This document shows positions 57,589 to 64,000 of a stretch of DNA of 64,000 bases, piece after piece. A program made the translations under genes and the position numbers. Source of the DNA: Macrostomum lignano (lineage: Eukaryota); contig NIVC01000106.1 of assembly GCA_002269645.1 (NCBI GenBank), forward strand, positions 868,001-932,000. Direction: 5' to 3'. Under the pieces are notes generated by a model that saw only the letters and a list, made by a program, of their open reading frames with translations, was not told the origin of the DNA and did no database searches. Position 1 is the first letter of the stretch, and each line of letters starts with the position of its first letter.

Positions 57589-60500
57589 TTACTGGTGCAG
57601 GCTGTTGTGCAAAGTTTTCAGGAACTGTGGCAAGAGTCTTTGTGGTGGAAGACATATTGCTGTTTTTTGTTGGACCTTTTTTGTTTGTTACTAAAAAATG
57701 CAATTGACAAATTATTAAGAGATAAATTGCTCTTATATAGAGCCTTAGCTGGCTAGTATTGAGTCAATCTTGTATTTGTAGCATGCAATAAAAACGAGGA
57801 TTTATAAAATTTGTAGACTTTAGTTGCCCAATAGGAAAAGATAAAGCCTTGAAGTATAGACAGGCCATATTTAAAAAAATATTTAAGTATCAGATTAAAC
57901 ATGCCTTTTGAGGGAGTTATTTGTATAAATCACGGGGGCCGAGGGATTTATGAAAATAACTCCCGAAAAAGGCATGTGTAATCTCGTATAAACCATAGAC
58001 ATAAAGACTTTACGGGATATTATTGAATATTACCAAATAAAATCCCGGAGAATGCAAATATTGTCACGGAGAGTCTTTATTTCTATGGATTATTGTATAA
58101 TTTAACTCAGAATTATATATTATATTAAAAATAGTAAATAAGTTATATTATTAACAACTTAAAGCAAATTTGAAGGTTAAGCCAATATGATAAGGTTTAC
58201 TATATGATTATTATGTAATAATAGGCATATATTAATGATATTAGTTATAATAAAATACTGTAAGCAAATAAATTTTTATTTGTAATAGCCAAGATGAAAT
58301 TATCTTGGAAAAATTAAGTAAAATAGCATATTTAAAGTTTTAATAGCATAGCATTAGAAATAGAATATAGCATAGTCTAATATAATGCTACATATATATA
58401 TATAATAATAGTAACAATCAGAGAAAAACCTTGCCTTAGTTTAGTAATATATAGAATATAGCAATATGCAGAAATAAGCCACTAATACTAACTATGACTA
58501 TGCCATTTTATGCCACATAAATAGGTTGAAGGTTAATAGGCCTAATGGCCTACTAGGTAAGGCAAAACTTGCAAGAACTCATAAAAAAGGCATACACTAT
58601 AAGCTTATGCCACTAGAACTTAGGCATATAGGCTTATCTAAAATCTGTAATTGGCTTAATGATAGTTTAATAGAAATAGAATGCTAATTATGCTAGCAAA
58701 CATAGGCATTAGGCCTAATTATGCTTAGACAATTTCTTGCACTATTTTTTATATTTTCTATATTGAATTCAATCTTGTTTGACTATTCAAATTCAAAGCC
58801 CATTTTCAAAATTTTGAAAATTTTTCAAAATGACCAATAAAGGCTGTCTCAAAATTTTGAGATTGAGATCAAGATCTCAGTGAGACTCTAATAGAATATA
58901 TGAATTGAGAAGTAGAATGTTATAAATGTTTAATGTTTAATGGGTTTAATGTTAAATACTATAAACCCTATGCCTTTGGTAAAACTACTAAAAAGCTTCC
59001 AAATACAATAATTAAATTAAAAATCAAATACTAATAGAGGCATACTTATAATAGCCTAATTTGTTATTACTTATCAACCAATCATGGAAATCATTAAAAT
59101 TGATGACTAGCATTTTAATGTCAAATAAAAATGTACACAGACACAATTAAAGACAAAGTCCAAACCAGAAATTTTGACACTTCTTTACGACTTTAGTGTA
59201 TCTTCGGCATTAAAAGAGAAATGCCAGAACACAAGAAATGTACACCGAGACTTAAGTGTAATCATTAAAATTTATATAAAGAAGTGAATTCATACACAAA
59301 ATTTATACAAGGTTTATATGCTTGGAAGCTTGGAATTGACAAGTCCATGGGATGGCTAGCTAGTAGATGACGAAATGACTCCCTGGAGTGTGTATGCCAA
59401 TTAGGATGACGAAGGGACATAAATTTAAGTTAGGTAATAGACACCCTAGATGACGAAATTTCAGGTGACGAAATAGCAAATGATGAAATGGCAAATGACG
59501 AAATAACTAGGAACCTAATTACCGACATTACTGCTAGTATAAATAGGCCTACAAGAAGTTCTAAGATGGTAACTTTCTTAGGGACAATACCTACTTAATA
59601 AAAAATATAATAACCAGTAATAAAGTGTAAAAATCGAAGTCAGGAGCTATGACACATTAAGCTGCTGCTTCAATTGTGTAAGCACTGAAATTTTAATTAA
59701 TTTGTATTATGTAAATCATTCTACAGACTTTCTCATAAATTTATTTTTCGCGCGGTTCTATGAGTACAAGCCATAACAATTTTTTTTCATTTTTTGTGAT
59801 AGATTCTTTGAAAATAAAAGCGAAGCCGATTGAGTTCTAACAATTAATTTTTTCTCTTACTTGCACAAGAAATTATCTACCAATACAAAAAATCAAACAC
59901 CGTATTGAGACAGCCCTTCGTTGAAATAGTCTAGATACCTGGGCCTCTAGTGTGGCCCATGTGTTTCCCTCGTTCGTTGAGACATATAAATAGGTCCCTG
60001 AGTCCCTGAACGAATCCTACTACTAAGTACTAATGTCCAATATACTAAAAATGGTCTGCCGGTATCTATCTATGAGAAATAAAGTCAAGGAACCTTCTAT
60101 ATAACGTTACCTGCTACCTAACGTTGATTTCAAATGTCAGCATGGTATTGTTTTATTGTCCAAGTGATCACTTGAAACTTAGAGCGCAGAAGCACCTTAA
60201 ACCTTTTAATCAGGTATACGCTTGCTTTTAAATTTACATGTGCGTTCGTACAAGCCTTAGAACTGCTTCAAACTAGAATTGAATGAAAAAACCATTTTCT
60301 TCCATTAGTTGACTTCGTCTTATTTTAATTAAGGTATGCTTGTTGTCAATTACGTAATCGTGTACCCTTGTGTAAATATAGATTATCCTAATTATCCAGC
60401 TATTAGAAGGAACGAGTAGAAAGAGATTTAATTTTCTTACCCACCGACTTTATTGATCGAAATACATGTACTCGTACAAACCAATACTTGCACTAGCCGC

Positions 60501-60846
60501 GACTTCTGGGTTGTATTAAAACTCTGGGAAGTGTGCTTAAGCTTCAAAGAATAAGGCACTCTACTCGAGTACTAGTCGCGGATTACTATATAGCTTGATT
60601 GAAAGCTTTAAATTGACGGATAATGTACTGACTTTATTGGCAATATTAGTGCCAACTAGGAAATAAAAATAATGACATCAAAACAGAAGTTCATGACAAA
60701 GGCTGAAATATTTTTTTCTTCCAAGAAGACTGGCAGCACGGCCAATATACGAAGCTTAACATCCGACTCAGTTCAAATTTTATTACTTAATCCACTCTTG
60801 CCATGCAATTTTAACAGATTATTTAATGGTCAGGACAGAGCGCCGT

Positions 60847-61457
60847 TCACTTATGCCCGTAGGACTCGATAATCTTCTGATACTTGGCCACGCGATCCTT
60901 CACCTTCTCGGTCGCTTTGGCGCGCAGCTGACGATCCCGGACCTGACGCTTGTGAAAGTGAGCCGATTTCACTTTACGCCTGCGCTCCAGGGTGCCAATA
61001 ACGCCTTGGTATTTCCATCCGACCTCGTGCGACAGGCGGCCGAGCACGCAGAACTTGCGACGGGTCTTCAATCGGAGACACTTGAGCGCGGACGGCACTA
61101 CCTGACGCTTGGCCTTGTCGTAGGGGCTCGGAATGCCTTCGAACACTTTCAGACGGTCCAGAGCCTCGGCACCCCTAGCCAGCTTGTGCGGCAGCATACC
61201 GCGCACTGTGCGCCAGAAAATCTTGGACGGCGCACGGAAATGATAGGGCCGCGGCTAGGCTTAGTGTTCAAGCGTTTGCGCAGGAACTCGTGGTAGCGAG
61301 TTTTGTTGCGAAAGAACGACCCGGAGATGTTGATGCCCTCGCAGCGGACAACCACCACGCGCTGGCCTAGAAGGAGCGTCTTGGCTACGACTGCGGCCAG
61401 ACGGCCTAACAGGTGGCCGCGGGCGTCGATGATCAACGGGCTGGACTTGAATCCCAT
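60847..61457 (-). CDS. RPL13A: 60S ribosomal protein uL13 (L13a), intronless CDS with one 1-nt deletion
   Basis: [34 protein letters not shown]. Adding one base at GGG 61246-61248 restores [19 protein letters not shown] and 203 aa. Confidence 0.92.
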
Positions 61458-61575
61458 GACTAATTGGCTTGGAGGCCTTGCGACATGCAATTGCCGGTTT
61501 TTGTGCTAATTTAAAGATCGGTTGGGATATCAGAAAATCTTCTATACTTGACTGACAGCTTCAGGGAGAGTGAAG

Positions 61576-61866
61576 GCCTCAGTGATCAGCAATGAGTTTA
61601 GATGGAGAGGGTGGAGACCTCAGATCAGCAATGAGTTCAGATGGAGAGGGTGGAGACCTCAGTGATCAGCAATGAGTTCAGATGGAGAGGATAGAGACCT
61701 CAGTGATCAGCAATGAGTTCAGATGGAGAGGATAGAGACCTCAGTGATCAGCAATGAGTTCAGATGGAGAGGATAGAGACCTCAGTGATCAGCAATGAGT
61801 TCAGATGGAGAGGATAGAGATCTCAGTGATCAGCAATGAGTTCAGATGGAGAGGATAGAGACCTCA
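61576..61866. repeat. 41-nt tandem repeat
   Basis: CTCAGTGATCAGCAATGAGTTCAGATGGAGAGGATAGAGAC x7. Confidence 0.92.
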
Positions 61867-62147
61867 GTTTAAACAAACTCATCCTAAATCCTTAACAGCA
61901 AAAAAGTAAATAAACAGGAAAATGCAGAGAGAGAATATGAAATTAAGACCATTATTGCAACTCAATAGGCCAGGCCATTAAACGTAGATTTTATACTTTA
62001 CAAGACATCATTCACAACGAGCTAATTATACGATAATGATTGGCAATAATAACAAATAGTAATTGGCAATTGAATTATAATATTTACCTGAACAATTGTA
62101 ACGGAGAAAAAATCAATAAAATGCAAATAACAATACACAAGTTGCTC

Positions 62148-64000
62148 AATTAGGCTACTGAGCTGGTCAATTAGGCTACTGAGCTACTCAATTAGGCCAC
62201 TGAGCTGCTCAATTAGGCTACTGAGCTACTCAATTAGGCCACTGAGCTGCTCAATTAGGCTACTGAGCTACTCAATTAGGCTACTGAGCTACTCAATTAG
62301 GCTACTGAGTTGCTCAATTAGGCTACTGAGCTGCTCAATTAGGCTACTGAGCTACTCAATTAGGCTACTGAGCTGCTTAATTAGGCTACTGAGCTGCTCA
62401 ATTAGGCTACACAAGTTGCTATATTAGGCTACTGATCTGCTTAATTAGGCTACTGAATTAGGCTACTGAGCTGCTCAATTAGGCTACTGAGCTACTCAAT
62501 TAGGCTACTGAGCTGCTCAATTAGGCTAATTAGGCTAAATTAGGCTACTGAGCTACTCAATTAGGCTACTGAGCTGCTCAATTACTGAGCTGCTCAATTA
62601 GGCTACTGAGCTGCTCAATTAGGCTACACAAGTTGCTATATTAGCTACTGAGCTCAATTAGGCTACTGAGCTGGCTACTGAGCTGCTCAATTAGGCTACT
62701 GAGCTGCTCAATTAGGCTACTGAGCTGCTCAATTAGGCTACTGAGCTGCTCAATTAGGCTACTGAGCTGCTCAATTAGGCTACTGAGCTGCTCAATTAGG
62801 CTACTGAGCTGCTCAATTAGGCTACTGAGCTGCTAATTAGGCTACTCTCAATTAGGCTACTGAGCTGCTCAATTAGGCTACTGAGCTGCTCAATTAGGCT
62901 ACTGAGCTGCTCAATTAGGCTACATAAGTTGCTCAATTAGGCTACTGAGCTGCTTAATTAGGCTACTGAGCTGCTCAATTAGGCTACTGAGCTGCTCAAT
63001 TAGGCTACTGAGCTGCTCAATTAGGCTACTGAGCTGCTTAATTAGGCTACTGAGCTGCTCAATTAGGCTACTGAGCTGCTCAATTAGGCTACATAAGTTG
63101 CTCAATTAGGCTACTGAGCTGCTCAATTAGGCTACTGAGCTACTCAATTAGGCTACTGAGCTGCTCAATTATGCTACTGAGCTGCTCAATTAGGCTACTG
63201 AGCTGCTCAATTAGGCTACACAAGTTGCTATATTAGGCTACTGATCTGCTTAATTAGGCTACTGAATTAGGCTACTGAGCTGCTCAATTAGGCTACTGAG
63301 CTACTTGCTTAATTAGGCTACTGAGCTGCTTTAGGCTACTGAGCTAAATTAGGCTACTGAGCTGCTCAATTATGCTACTGAGCTGCTCAATTAGGCTACT
63401 GAGCTGCTCAATTAGGCTACACAAGTTGCTATATTAGGCTACTGATCTGCTTAATTAGGCTACTCAATTAGGCTACTGAGCTGCTCAATTAGGCTACTGA
63501 GCTGCTCAATTAGGCTACATAAGTTGCTCAATTAGGCTACTGAGCTGCTTAATTAGGCTACTGAGCTGCTCAATTAGGCTACTGAGCTGCTTAATTAGGC
63601 TACTGAGCTGCTCAATTAGGCTACTGAGCTGCTCAATTAGGTACTGAGCTGCTCAATTAGGCTACTGAGCTGCTCAATTAGGCTACTGAGCTGCTCAATT
63701 AGGCTACATAATGCTCAATTAGGCTACTGAGCTGCTTAATTAGGCTACTCTCATTAGGCTACTGAGCTGCTCAATTAGGCTACTGAGCTGCTCAATTAGG
63801 CTACTGAGCTGCTCAATTAGGCTACTGAGCTGCTTAATTAGGCTACTGAGCTGCTCAATTAGGCTACTGAATTAGGCTACTGAGCTGCTCAATTAGGCTA
63901 CTGAGCTGCTCATTAGGCTACTGAGCTGCTTTAGGCTACTGAGCTCAATTAGGCTACTGAGCTGCTCAATTAGGCTACTGAGCTGCTCAATTAGGCTACT
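62148..64000. repeat. 21-nt minisatellite (AATTAGGCTACTGAGCTGCTC) running off the window end
   Basis: About 90 copies, many with small deletions. Confidence 0.95.

Noticed and set aside
59370-59515. Repeated GATGACGAAAT motifs
   Set aside because: Probably a transposon subterminal remnant, but no TIR or TSD could be defined
61240-61250. Programmed ribosomal frameshift in RPL13A
   Set aside because: No slippery heptamer; a homopolymer indel is simpler
62148-64000. Telomeric repeat (contains TTAGGC)
   Set aside because: The motif is part of a 21-nt unit, not tandem hexamers

Overview
Eukaryotic (animal) genomic DNA with spliceosomal introns. The GC-rich exons, Ala/Gln runs and minisatellite-packed introns resemble a free-living flatworm such as Macrostomum, but that assignment is inference only. 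Genes reconstructed by hand: SLC22-type transporter (-, 3' incomplete), a disabled PAN+C-type-lectin gene, a large internally duplicated ankyrin-repeat gene, a 98-aa secreted peptide precursor, a 185-aa Gly-rich beta-type protein, a divergent Rab11-like GTPase, a single-TM protein, HACL1 (11 exons, 579 aa, ends in SKL), MARK/Par-1 kinase, and RPL13A (1-nt frameshift). The best novelty candidate is a 309-aa gene nested antisense in a HACL1 intron. It fuses a 3-hydroxyacyl-CoA-dehydrogenase NAD-binding domain, with the catalytic His replaced by Arg and no dimerisation domain, to a C3HC4 RING, suggesting a metabolite-sensing E3 ligase. About 20 different 20-41-nt minisatellites fill most larger introns, often up to the splice-site margins. 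The window also holds hAT-type MITEs with 8-bp TSDs, a palindromic foldback element amplified into a higher-order repeat, a CORE-SINE and a mariner remnant. Several 1-nt deletions suggest residual assembly error, so frameshift calls need read-level checks. No CRISPR, rRNA or intact tRNA found.
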